From the NCBI GenBank assembly GCA_052390615.1, contig JBQTGT010000012.1:11690-75689 (forward strand): DNA of 64,000 nucleotides, written 5' to 3'. Under the pieces are notes generated by a model. It was not told the origin of the DNA. It searched no databases and saw only the letters and a list, made by a program, of their open reading frames with translations. The position numbers and the translations under genes are program-made. Each line of letters starts with the position of its first letter. The stretch's first letter is position 1. This document shows, piece by piece, positions 37,815 to 46,751 of this stretch. Source of the stretch: Actinomycetota bacterium. GTDB taxonomy: Bacteria > Actinomycetota > Acidimicrobiia > IMCC26256 > PALSA-610.

Positions 37815-38104
37815 CTTTCGGCGGTCCCCGCCCCGGAAGTCACGCAAGAAGGCATCCGGGTCGAAGAGCACGGCGAATGCCTATCGCGTTGGGCGGGTGC
37901 GTCGATCGAACCGGAACCGGGCGCGACGGACGTGGCCGCGTTCGTGCGGGAGCAGGCCGAAACGCTGTACCACCCGGTCGGGACGTGTGCGATCGGTGTG
38001 CGCGTCGTCGACGCGTCGGTGATGCCGAGCATCACTCGTGGCCGCACGATGCGCCGACGATTGCGATCGTCGAACGGGCGGCCGAATTGGTGCTCGGACG
38101 CTGA
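37815..38104 (+). pseudogene. Remnant of the C-terminus of a GMC-family oxidoreductase (truncated, internally deleted, frameshifted)
   Basis: One frame reads ...EPEPGATDVAAFVREQAETLYHPVGTCAIG-VRVVDASVMPSIT. The signature continues in another frame as ...DAPTIAIVERAAELVLGR* (stop 38102-38104). The N-terminal ~450 aa of a normal GMC enzyme are absent. Confidence 0.6.
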
Positions 38105-38121
38105 CGCGCCAAGCTGGGGCC

Positions 38122-39057
38122 ATGGAGACACGCACCATTGGGTCACTGAAAGTGTCGGCCGTTGGGCTGGGCTGCAACAACTTCGGCATGCGCATCGACG
38201 AGCGGGCGACTGCTGCGGTTGTCGGTGCCGCGTTCGACGCCGGCGTCAACTTCTTCGATACCGCGGACATCTACGGCGCCACGTTGAGCGAGGAGTACCT
38301 CGGGCGCGCGCTCGGGCGCCGGCGGAGTGAGGCGATCGTCGCGACGAAGTTTGGCGCGCAGGTCGACGAGGTGCGCAAGGGCGCGCGACCCGAGTATATC
38401 ACGCGGGCGGTGGAGGACAGCCTGCGCCGGCTCGCCACCGACCGCATCGACCTGTATCAGCTGCACGTCCCCGACGCCGACGTCCCGCTCGCGGACACGC
38501 TCGGCGCGCTCGACGAGCTGGTGCGCGTGGGCAAGGTGGTCGAGATCGGATGCAGCAACTTCTCTTCCGATCAGCTCGACGAGGCGGAGTCGACGAGCCG
38601 CGCGCAAGGGTGGGCGCGGTTCGCGAGCGTGCAGAACGAGTACAGCCTGTTGCGACGCGGGCCCGAGCGGTGGGGAGTGCTGGAGGCGTGTGAACGCAAC
38701 GATGTCGGCTTCCTGCCGTACTTCCCGCTCGCGAGTGGTGTGCTCACGGGAAAGTACACGCGGGACGCGCCGCCACCCGAGGGCACACGCTTGGCCGCGA
38801 TGGGCGACCGGCTCGGCGATGCCCTGTCGGAGAAGGTGTTCAACCGGGTCGAAGCGCTCTCGCAATGGTCCGCCGAGCAGGGCCACTCGCTGCTCGAGCT
38901 CGCGATGTCGTGGCTGCTGACTCGACCCGCGGTCGCGAGTGTGATCGCGGGCGCGACGAAACCTGAACAGGTGCGCGCCAACGTCGACGCGGCCGGCTGG
39001 AAGCTCACGGACGCCGACCTCGCGACCGTCGACTCACTCCTGGCAGCGGCGGGCTAG
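38122..39057 (+). CDS. Aldo/keto reductase
   Basis: The product from ATG 38122 contains METRTIGSLKVSAVGLGCNNFG...FFDTADIYG...IDLYQLH.... Confidence 0.9.
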   Translation: METRTIGSLKVSAVGLGCNNFGMRIDERATAAVVGAAFDAGVNFFDTADIYGATLSEEYLGRALGRRRSEAIVATKFGAQVDEVRKGARPEYITRAVEDSLRRLATDRIDLYQLHVPDADVPLADTLGALDELVRVGKVVEIGCSNFSSDQLDEAESTSRAQGWARFASVQNEYSLLRRGPERWGVLEACERNDVGFLPYFPLASGVLTGKYTRDAPPPEGTRLAAMGDRLGDALSEKVFNRVEALSQWSAEQGHSLLELAMSWLLTRPAVASVIAGATKPEQVRANVDAAGWKLTDADLATVDSLLAAAG

Positions 39058-39515
39058 AAGATTCCGGCGTCGAGGCCGGCGGCGAGCGTGAGGCCGAGTT
39101 CGTGGGCGGCTTCGAGGTGGCCGTCGGCGAGCGCGCCGACGACCACCAATGGCGGGAGCACCTGGCGCCACTTCAGTCCCGCGACGATGCGCTCGACGCT
39201 GCGGACCGCGCCGCTCCCGTCGGTCGAGGCCTTGACGTACAGGCCGTAGGGCATGCCCGCGGTCTCCTCGAGCAACACGTAGTAGATGCGCTCGAAGAAG
39301 TCCTTCAGCGCGCCGCTCATGTACCCGAAGTTCTCCGGAGTGCCCAGCAGGATCGCGTCGGCCTGACGAACATCGTCGGCGTCGGCGTCGAACGCGCGTC
39401 GCACCGCGACTTCGACGCCATCGACATCGTCGCTCGATGCCCCCGCGACAACTGCGTCGGTGAGGGCTTGCGTGCCGCCCGACCGGGAGTGCGAGACGAC
39501 CAGCAGGCGCGACAC
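39054..39515 (-). CDS. Flavodoxin-like fold protein (NAD(P)H-dependent FMN reductase/WrbA-like)
   Basis: 153-aa ORF with LLVVSHSRSGGT (FMN phosphate loop-like) and ...ILLGTPENFGYMSGALKDFFE. Confidence 0.8.
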   Translation of the reverse strand: MSRLLVVSHSRSGGTQALTDAVVAGASSDDVDGVEVAVRRAFDADADDVRQADAILLGTPENFGYMSGALKDFFERIYYVLLEETAGMPYGLYVKASTDGSGAVRSVERIVAGLKWRQVLPPLVVVGALADGHLEAAHELGLTLAAGLDAGIF

Positions 39516-39842
39516 CGACCGCAGGCTACCGGCGTCCCCTCAGCCGGCCGCGCGAGCGCGCAAGAGGTCGGCCGTGAACGCGTCAGCCGGATAGAAGGCT
39601 TCGATCGCAAGCTCGGACAGCGTGACGTCGAGGGGAGCGCCGAACGTCGCGATCGTCGTGAACATCGACAGCTCACCCGAGGGTGTGCGGACGCGCAAGG
39701 CGAGTACGACGCCGGGATCCGAGGACATCCCTTCGGGCAGCAGCTCGACGCTCGGATACGAACAGATCTCGTCGAACAGCTCGATGAGGATCCGCTCGCG
39801 GTTGCGATCGCGATCGCCCGCGAGGCATGGTTCTTCGCGCTG

Positions 39843-40100
39843 GTGCTCGCATTCGTCGCGATCGATGCGGCGCTGTTCGGGTTCGCCCGCCCGTCCATCA
39901 TGGCGCTCGGCGCGCGCCTTCTCTGCATCGGCAACTTCGTGTGGGCGGCCGCCGTCGCACTCGCGCTCGCCGCGGGCGCGGCCGACGGCGTCGATGCGTG
40001 GCTGCTCGCGGCCACGATTCCCTACACGCTGGCCTTGGGCGCGCTCCAGTGGCGTGCGCTCGCCCGCGAGGATCTGCGCTCCGCGCTGCTCGTTTCGTAG
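39843..40100 (+). CDS. Possible small membrane protein (2-3 TM)
   Basis: The plus frame gives clean hydrophobic helices (...VLAFVAIDAALFGF...LLCIGNFVWAAAVALALAAG...LLAATIPYTLALGAL), whereas the opposite-strand ORF is Arg/Glu-rich here. The start is uncertain: GTG 39843 or ATG 39900. Confidence 0.35.
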   Translation: MLAFVAIDAALFGFARPSIMALGARLLCIGNFVWAAAVALALAAGAADGVDAWLLAATIPYTLALGALQWRALAREDLRSALLVS

Positions 40101-40109
40101 CATCTGGCT

Positions 40110-40517
40110 GTGACCGGCGTTTCTCCAACTGATCCGCGCATTTCGATCGAAGACAGCTTCATCGGCGTGCTGAACCTTTCCGTCGACCCGCCCGAGGAGA
40201 TTGGTCGGTTGCGGGGCCGGTTGCCGGTTGTTCCCGCCCTTCTACAGCCGATGGGGATCGTGCATGGCGGGGTGTACGCGTCGATCGCGGAGACGCTCGC
40301 GTCGATGGGCACTGCGCGCGCAGTCGTGCCCGACGGTCACGTCTGCATGGGCATGTCGAACAACACGAGCTTCCTCCGTCCCGTCAGTGAGGGCACGATC
40401 CACGGCGATGCCACGGCGCTCCACCGCGGGCGAACGACATGGGTCTGGGACATCGATATGCGTGACGACGCGGGCCGCCTCTGCGCGACATCGCGCGTCA
40501 CAATGGCAGTGCGATAG
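40110..40517 (+). CDS. PaaI-family hotdog-fold thioesterase
   Basis: 135-aa ORF containing ...GIVHGGVYASIAETLAS... and ...GRTTWVWDIDMRDDAGRLCA.... Confidence 0.9.
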   Translation: MTGVSPTDPRISIEDSFIGVLNLSVDPPEEIGRLRGRLPVVPALLQPMGIVHGGVYASIAETLASMGTARAVVPDGHVCMGMSNNTSFLRPVSEGTIHGDATALHRGRTTWVWDIDMRDDAGRLCATSRVTMAVR

Positions 40518-40519
40518 CA

Positions 40520-41197
40520 GTGGCGAAGATCGCCGTAGGGTTCTTCTCATTCACCGAAGTCACAGACCCCGCGGAGCACCGCTCGTACAACGAGTGGCAT
40601 GCGCTCGACCACATGCCCGAGCAGTTCCCGATGAACGGCATGGCCGCCGGGAATCGATGGGTGTCCACACCCGCGTGCATGGCCGCGCGCGCGGCCGGTG
40701 GCCCGCCGTACGAATCAGTGCACTACATCACGATGTACCTGATGACCGAGCCGGTGGAACGCACGCTGCGCGCGTTTTACCAGCGCGGCGTCGAGCTCGG
40801 TCGGCTCGGCCGATTCCACAAGCACCGCACCTCGCACCTCACCGGCGGGTGGCGCGTCGATGCGATGGCGGCGGCGCCGCGCGTGTTGGTGAGTCCCGAA
40901 GCAGTGCCGTACCGGCCCCACCGAGGTGTGTACGTGATCGTCGAACCCGCGGCCGCCGCGTGGGATCCGTCCGTACTCGTCGACGAACCGGAGGTCGCCG
41001 GCGTGTGGACATTCCGGAAGCCGGTGGTCGTCGACGGACTCCCCTGGCAGCCCGGCGACCGACGCGTGACCGTGTGCTGGTGCGACGACGATCCACTCGG
41101 CGCCGCGCCCGGTATCGGTGCTCGCATCGGCGGTGCACCCGAGTACGCGGGACCGCTGCTCACGATCACACCCGGGCGGTGGGACTGGTTCGACTGA
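40520..41197 (+). CDS. Hypothetical protein
   Basis: 225-aa ORF with high GC3 starting 3 nt after the upstream stop. No recognised family. Confidence 0.7.
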   Translation: MAKIAVGFFSFTEVTDPAEHRSYNEWHALDHMPEQFPMNGMAAGNRWVSTPACMAARAAGGPPYESVHYITMYLMTEPVERTLRAFYQRGVELGRLGRFHKHRTSHLTGGWRVDAMAAAPRVLVSPEAVPYRPHRGVYVIVEPAAAAWDPSVLVDEPEVAGVWTFRKPVVVDGLPWQPGDRRVTVCWCDDDPLGAAPGIGARIGGAPEYAGPLLTITPGRWDWFD

Positions 41198-41252
41198 GCC
41201 GCCTGCCCATCCGGCCTCGAACCGATCGCGGCGCGCCCCGTAGTCTCCGGGT

Positions 41253-41852
41253 ATGGGGGAACGAGGGTGGGTGTGGGGGAGTGCAGTCGTGGTCGCGGGC
41301 GTGCTGTTCGCTGCGTGCGGTGGCGGCGGCGACGACGCCGCGCCCGAGTCGAGCCGGTCGACCGCATCGGAACCGCCGGCCGATCCGACGACCTCCACGA
41401 CCGAGGTGGTCGAAGACATCGAGATGCAGGCCGCCGACTTCCCCAACATCAACACGTTGACCAAGGTGGGCAACCACTTCGTGGGCAACATGCTCGGCCA
41501 CCTGGACGAGGCGTTGGCGGTTGCCAACTCGCCCGACGGCGGCACCTATCCGGTCGGCACGCTGATCCAACTCGTGCCCCAAGAGGCGATGGTCAAACGC
41601 GCCGAGGGCTGGAGCCCGGGAACGGGGGACTGGGAGTTCTTCTCGCTCGACGCCACACCCGAGGGCACGACGATTCTGACGCGGGGAAAGACGCCGGTCC
41701 TCAATCGGTTCGACATGGACTGCGCGGCGTGTCACGGCCAGGCGGAGGCGCAGTGGGACTTCGTGTGCGACGAGGGCCACGGCTGCGATCCGCTCGGTCT
41801 CGATCAGGCGATGATCGCGGGGTTGCAGCAAGCCGACCCGCGGCCCCGTTGA
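41253..41852 (+). CDS. Lipoprotein with a single CxxCH heme-c motif, cytochrome P460-like
   Basis: Lipobox VLFAACGG, ...YPVGTLIQLVPQEAMVKR...GDWEFFSL... and C-proximal DCAACHG. The layout resembles cytochrome P460 family proteins. Confidence 0.65.
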   Translation: MGERGWVWGSAVVVAGVLFAACGGGGDDAAPESSRSTASEPPADPTTSTTEVVEDIEMQAADFPNINTLTKVGNHFVGNMLGHLDEALAVANSPDGGTYPVGTLIQLVPQEAMVKRAEGWSPGTGDWEFFSLDATPEGTTILTRGKTPVLNRFDMDCAACHGQAEAQWDFVCDEGHGCDPLGLDQAMIAGLQQADPRPR

Positions 41853-41992
41853 GCCATACGGTCGCCTCGCCAACGTGCAGCTCGGCATGTAGTCACGCGG
41901 GTGCGACGACGTGTGGTCGAACCCTCGCCAAGCGGGCAACATTCTCCAGATGCATCACGCGATCGACCGCTACCTGACGGAGGTGCCCCGCG

Positions 41993-42223
41993 ATGGCAGA
42001 TGACGACCGCCGAGACCGACGGGAGACGAGCGAGACGATCCGTCTCGTTGTCATCGGGCTCCTCGTCGTCGCCCTCGTCGGGTTTGTGCTCGACAACACC
42101 GACGACGTCGCGATCGAGTATGTGTTCGGTGACACGGACGCACCATTGATCGTGGTGCTGGTCGCCACGGCGGTCATCGGCGCGGTCATCGGCTGGCTCA
42201 TTCGGCGGGCGCGTCGCAACTGA
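41993..42223 (+). CDS. LapA/DUF1049-like small membrane protein
   Basis: 76-aa ORF with two TM segments flanking a short loop and a basic C-terminus RRARRN. Confidence 0.7.
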   Translation: MADDDRRDRRETSETIRLVVIGLLVVALVGFVLDNTDDVAIEYVFGDTDAPLIVVLVATAVIGAVIGWLIRRARRN

Positions 42224-42255
42224 CGTTCACCGACGCCTTCGCGTAACCTCCAAGC

Positions 42256-43344
42256 ATGGCCCACCACGTACGCGGCGTTGTCGCCAAGGGACGCAAGGAA
42301 GCAGTCCGAATCGAGACGATCACAGTTCCGGATCCGGGACCCGGTGAAGCACTCGTGCGCGTGCAAGCGTGCGGCGTCTGTCACACAGACCTGCACTACC
42401 GCGAGGGAGGCATCAGCGACGACTTCCCGTTCCTGCTCGGGCACGAAGCTGCCGGGATCGTCGAAGCCGTCGGCGACGACGTCTCGAGCGTCGCGTCCGG
42501 CGACTTCGTGATCCTCAACTGGCGCGCGGTGTGCGGCGAGTGCCGGTCGTGTCGGCGCGGCCGCCCGTGGTACTGCTTCACGACGCGCAATGCGACCCAG
42601 AAAATGACGCTCGCAGACGGCACGGCCGTGTCGCCCGCGCTCGGCATCGGCGCGTTCGCGGAGAAGACGCTCGTCGCCGCGGGCCAGGCCACCAAGGTCA
42701 ATCCGGCGGCGCGTCCGGAGGCGGCAGGGCTGCTCGGCTGCGGGGTGATGGCGGGGTTTGGTGCGGCCGCGTACACAGGCAACGTGGGTCGCGGCGACAC
42801 CGTGGCCGTGTTCGGATGCGGCGGTGTCGGCGACGCGGCGATCGCGGCGTCGGCGATGGCTGGTGCCCGCACGATCATCGCCGTCGACCGCGATGCCCGC
42901 AAGCTCGAGTGGGCGAAGGAGTTCGGCGCGACGCATACCGTCGACGCGTCGAAGGAAGACGCGGTCGCGCGTATCCACGAGCTCACCGACGGCAACGGCG
43001 CCGACGTGTGCATCGAAGCGGTCGGCCGGCCGGAGGTCCTGAAGCAGGCGTTCTACGCACGCGACCTCGCGGGCACGGTCGTGCAGGTCGGTGTGCCGAC
43101 GCCCGATATGGCGCTGCCCGACATTCCGATGATCGACTTCTTCGGACGCGGCGGCCAGCTCAGGCCGTCCTGGTACGGCGACTGCCTGCCGTCGAGAGAT
43201 TTCCCGATGCTGATCGAGGCGTACCTGCAAGGACGCCTCGATCTCGATCGTTTCGTGTCCGAAACGATCGCGCTCGACGAGGTGGAGGACGCGTTTCACA
43301 AGATCGAGCGCGGCGAGGTTCTGCGCTCCGTCGTCGTGCTGTGA
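42256..43344 (+). CDS. S-(hydroxymethyl)mycothiol dehydrogenase-type class III Zn-ADH
   Basis: [31 protein letters not shown] and [15 protein letters not shown], plus Rossmann VFGCGGVG. Confidence 0.88.
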   Translation: MAHHVRGVVAKGRKEAVRIETITVPDPGPGEALVRVQACGVCHTDLHYREGGISDDFPFLLGHEAAGIVEAVGDDVSSVASGDFVILNWRAVCGECRSCRRGRPWYCFTTRNATQKMTLADGTAVSPALGIGAFAEKTLVAAGQATKVNPAARPEAAGLLGCGVMAGFGAAAYTGNVGRGDTVAVFGCGGVGDAAIAASAMAGARTIIAVDRDARKLEWAKEFGATHTVDASKEDAVARIHELTDGNGADVCIEAVGRPEVLKQAFYARDLAGTVVQVGVPTPDMALPDIPMIDFFGRGGQLRPSWYGDCLPSRDFPMLIEAYLQGRLDLDRFVSETIALDEVEDAFHKIERGEVLRSVVVL

Positions 43345-43373
43345 TCCCAGGGAATCGACTTGCGGGAACGGGT

Positions 43374-44474
43374 CTACCGGGGCGCGATGACGCCGTGGAC
43401 TGGTGGCGGCGGGCCGTCGCCGCACATGGAGCGCAGCAAGTCGTCCGCCCCGTCGAGGCCGACGACGCGGCGCGGTAAGGACTCGAACGGGTAGCGGCCG
43501 GACGCGAGCAGCCCGAGCGCGGCGCGGTACGCGGGCGCGTCCACGCCGAGTGCGCCGAGCAGGCGCAGTTCCTTGTAGACGACCAGATCCGGCGCGAACC
43601 CCGGCGTGTCCGTGCTGCCGCGCGTTCCCGCCAGGACGATGGTGGCGCCCGCACGCGCGAGCGCGACCGCCTGCCCGAGTGCCGCCGGCGCTTTCGCGGT
43701 CACGTCGACCACGATGTCGGCGAGCACCCCGCCGGTCGCGTCGCGCAGCGCACGCACGGGATCGTCACGTGTGACGTCGACGACGAGATCGGCGCCGAAC
43801 ACCGGCGCAGCCGCCAGCCGCCCGTCGTCGCGCGGTCCCACTCCGGTCAGCATCACGAGTGAGGCACCGGCGTCTTTCGCGGCCGCGCACGCGCTCAGAC
43901 CGCGAATACCGGGACCGAGCACGGCGACGACGTCGCCCGGGCGTGTCCCCGGCACCGTAACCGCCCACCGTATGCCGGCGCCGAGCGGGTTGAACGCCGT
44001 TGCGAGCACCGGATCGAGCGCCGCAGGCACGGGGAGCACCAGTGAGTCCGGTGCGAGGTACTGGTACTGCGCGTAGCCACCCCAGAGACTCGGCGGCCGC
44101 GCCGTCGGAACGAAGCCATACATGTCGCGGATCCCGTGCCGCGCGCAGCGGCGGTACTCGCCGGCTGCGCACGCATCGCACTCTCGACACGACAGGAACA
44201 CTTCGACCGCGATGCGTTCGCCTTCGCGTACGCCCCACCGCGCGGACGCCCCCGTTCCGATCGCAGCGATGACTCCCACCGTTTCGTGGCCGGGGACAAA
44301 CGGGTAGCCGGGATGCAATTCGCCGGTGTACTGCTCGTGGTCGGTGCCGCACAGGCCGCATGCCTCGACGCGCAGGAGTGCGTCGTCGACGCCGATCTCG
44401 GGAAGCGGGAACTCGCGTTCGACCAACGACCGCGGCGCGTCGAGCACCAATGCGCGCGCCGCTGTCGCGCTCAC
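43374..44474 (-). CDS. Zinc-dependent alcohol dehydrogenase family protein
   Basis: LLRVEACGLCGTDHE, GHETVGVIAAIG, CRECDACAAGEYRRC and VLGPGIRG. Confidence 0.9.
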   Translation of the reverse strand: MSATAARALVLDAPRSLVEREFPLPEIGVDDALLRVEACGLCGTDHEQYTGELHPGYPFVPGHETVGVIAAIGTGASARWGVREGERIAVEVFLSCRECDACAAGEYRRCARHGIRDMYGFVPTARPPSLWGGYAQYQYLAPDSLVLPVPAALDPVLATAFNPLGAGIRWAVTVPGTRPGDVVAVLGPGIRGLSACAAAKDAGASLVMLTGVGPRDDGRLAAAPVFGADLVVDVTRDDPVRALRDATGGVLADIVVDVTAKAPAALGQAVALARAGATIVLAGTRGSTDTPGFAPDLVVYKELRLLGALGVDAPAYRAALGLLASGRYPFESLPRRVVGLDGADDLLRSMCGDGPPPPVHGVIAPR

Positions 44475-46132
44475 GCGTGCCCCAATAAGTGCTCGCGACC
44501 GCGTGCGACGAACTGGGCCCGCAGGTCGAGCGCGTCAGCGGCCGTCATACGGCGGTGGCGCACACCGCGGGCGGGGATCCACCACACCGGATCTTCGGTG
44601 TCCCAGCCTTCCTGGCGGAGCACGCGGGTCACGACCTTCTGCGTCGCGGTCGACGGCAATTCGGTCGTAATCCGCACGTACTTCGGTACCCACTTCGGCG
44701 ATAGGTCCGACTGCGCGGCGAGGAACGCGGCGAACTCGTCGGGATCGAACTCGGCGACATCGCGAACGTGCAACGCGGCCATCACCTCGTCACCGACGGC
44801 GACCGACGGCACCGCGTACACGGCCGCGAGCACGACATTCGGGTGCCGAGCGAGGATCGTCTCGACCGGCGCGGCCGCAAAGTTCTCACCGTCGACACGC
44901 AACCAGTCGGAGTTGCGGCCCGCGAAGTAGAAGAACCCAGCTTCGTCGCGGTACCCGAGATCGCCGGTCCAATACATGCCGCCGCGCATCCGTTCGGCGT
45001 TGGCCTCGTCGTTGTTGTAGTAGCCCTCGAACGCGCCGGGACCTTCCGTGTTGACGATCTCGCCGATCGCGAGCTCGGCGTCGCAGAACCGTCCGTGCTC
45101 GTCGAACCGAGCGGCCGGGCACTCCTCGCCGGTTTCGGGGTCGAGGATCTTGGCGACGACGTTGGTCGGCAGCCCGAGCGAGCCCAGCGGCGTGTCCGGC
45201 GTCTTGGCCATGGTGACGCCGCCCTCCGTCGAGCCGTAGCCGTCCGCGACGATGCAGCCGAACCGTCGTGCGAACCGATCGACGTCGAGCGGCGCCGCTT
45301 CGTTGCCGAACGCGATTCGCAAGGTCGTCGCCGCGTCGTCCGGACGTTCCGGAGTCGCGAGGATGTACGTGAGGGGCTTGCCGACGTAGTTGAAGAACGT
45401 CACGCCGTAGCGGCGCACGTCGGGCAGGAACGCGCTCGCCGAGAACCGCCGGCGCAACACGGCGGTCGCACCGGCCTTCCAGATGTTCGTGAACCCTGCC
45501 ACTTGCGCGTTCGAATGGAACAGCGGCATGACCGAGTAGCACACGTCGTGCGGTCCGAGCCCGAATCCGGCGGCGAGACCGGAACCCCAGCCCGCGAGCT
45601 TCCCGTGGCTGATCCGCACCGCTTTCGGCGCACCGGTGGTTCCCGACGTGAATATCAGCATGAAGACGTCGCTCGGCGCGACGTCGACATCCGGTAGCAG
45701 CGCATTCCTGTACGGCGCCAGCGCTGCGGCCCACTCGGGCGAGTCGACGACGAAACAACGGTCGGCGGTTACGACAGGCCCGGCCGCGTCAAGCAGTGGC
45801 AGATGGGCCGACTCGGTCAGTAACAACGTGCAGTGCGTGTGCTCGATATCGCGCGCGAGCTCGGCGCCGCGCCGCGTCGGGTTGATGCCGACCAGCGTCG
45901 CACCTGAGATCGCGCACGCGCCCAGCAGGAACCAGAACTCGGGGATGTTGTCGAGGAGAACCCCGACGTGAAACGGTGCGTTCCGCGGTTTGTGGTCGAG
46001 GAGAAAGGCGGCGCGCGGGGCGACGGCGTCGAGCACCTCGGCGTAGGTCCAGGCATCGTCCTCGTAACGCAACGCGATGTTGTCGTCACCGGCGCGCGCG
46101 GTCAGGAGTGCGGCGATGGTGTCGGCATCCAT
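44471..46132 (-). CDS. AMP-dependent acyl-CoA synthetase
   Basis: 553-aa ORF with LIFTSGTTGAPKA and YWTGDLGYRDEAGFFYFAGR. Its stop overlaps the downstream ADH start by 4 nt. Confidence 0.9.
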   Translation of the reverse strand: MDADTIAALLTARAGDDNIALRYEDDAWTYAEVLDAVAPRAAFLLDHKPRNAPFHVGVLLDNIPEFWFLLGACAISGATLVGINPTRRGAELARDIEHTHCTLLLTESAHLPLLDAAGPVVTADRCFVVDSPEWAAALAPYRNALLPDVDVAPSDVFMLIFTSGTTGAPKAVRISHGKLAGWGSGLAAGFGLGPHDVCYSVMPLFHSNAQVAGFTNIWKAGATAVLRRRFSASAFLPDVRRYGVTFFNYVGKPLTYILATPERPDDAATTLRIAFGNEAAPLDVDRFARRFGCIVADGYGSTEGGVTMAKTPDTPLGSLGLPTNVVAKILDPETGEECPAARFDEHGRFCDAELAIGEIVNTEGPGAFEGYYNNDEANAERMRGGMYWTGDLGYRDEAGFFYFAGRNSDWLRVDGENFAAAPVETILARHPNVVLAAVYAVPSVAVGDEVMAALHVRDVAEFDPDEFAAFLAAQSDLSPKWVPKYVRITTELPSTATQKVVTRVLRQEGWDTEDPVWWIPARGVRHRRMTAADALDLRAQFVARGREHLLGHA

Positions 46133-46655
46133 GAGACGCCCAGTCTCGCACCCGCGCGTTCGACCGGGAACAACGACGCGAACGCGACGCCGCTGAGGTG
46201 GTACGGGAAACTAATCGCCATCAGCGCGAGCACGCCGAGGTGGAACAGCCAGGCCGCGACCGCCCATGCGCGCCTCCGCCCGAACCCGAGCACGATGACC
46301 AGGGCCCGAGCTCGACGGCCAGAGTCGCCCACGAGATCGGGGCGAACAGCCATCCGTGGTCCAGCACGGCGCCCGCGATCGGCGACGAATCGGCGCCGAG
46401 CGCGGCCTTGCGAACGTTGTCGTACGCGACGTGGTTGCGGAGGATGTCGCCGTCGAGCCATCCGAGCCCGGCGTCGCGCAGTTTGGTGATCCCCGCGAGC
46501 ACGTACGTCGCGCCAACCGAGCACGCCGACGGGCTCCCACCGGCGCGACTCGAGACCGAAGATCGTCCAGAAGTGCTGCGCGCGCACGACAGATATCCGA
46601 GCGCGAAGCCGCCGACGAGGATGCGCAATGCGGCGGGTCGCGTCCGCGAACGCAT
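46102..46655 (-). pseudogene. Frameshifted polytopic membrane protein gene (family not recognised)
   Basis: Protein-like sequence alternates between ORF 46221-46655 (MRSRTRPAALRILVGGFALGYL..., ...ATYVLAGITKLRDAGLGWLDGD...ISWATLAVELG) and ORF 46102-46686 (...ALVIVLGFGRRRAWAVAAWLFHLGVLALMAISFPYHLSGVAFASLFPVER). There is a clear frame switch at the GGGCCC run at 46302-46307. Confidence 0.5.
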
Positions 46656-46687
46656 GCGCGCATAGTACGTGCGCGCCGCTCCTCATA

Positions 46688-46730
46688 CTTGCGCCGCGAA
46701 CCCGGAACTATTCAGGTTTTGCGGCGCAGG
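46688..46730 (-). repeat. Conserved hairpin element, copy B
   Basis: The minus strand reads CCTGCGCCGC-AAAACCTGAATAGTTCCGGGTTC-GCGGCGCAAG. It starts 21 nt after the sodA stop. The flanks GCAA (5') and GTATG (3') are shared with copy A. Confidence 0.85.
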
Positions 46731-46751
46731 TTGCCGGGAAGGCGGGGTTCG

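Noticed and set aside
34932-38146. Several ORFs of more than 250 aa (34932-36287 plus; 35047-36894, 35108-35992, 35154-35945 and 36215-38146 minus) overlapping the coiled-coil gene
   Set aside because: All are Arg- or Ser-rich low-complexity translations produced by the GAG/GCC/CGC-rich coiled-coil coding sequence. Only frame 35116-37110 gives a heptad-like, compositionally protein-like product.
39540-40103. A 187-aa minus-strand ORF between the flavodoxin-like and PaaI genes
   Set aside because: Only the last ~80 codons (39540-39790, ...ILIELFDEICSYPSVELLPEG MSSDPGVVLALRVRTPSGELSMFTTIATFGAPLDVTLSELAIEAFYPADAF...) look protein-like. The sole canonical start there is ATG 39728 (62 aa). The upstream part is Arg/Glu-rich and is opposed by a better TM-rich plus-strand frame. 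It may be a gene remnant, but I cannot resolve it from sequence alone.
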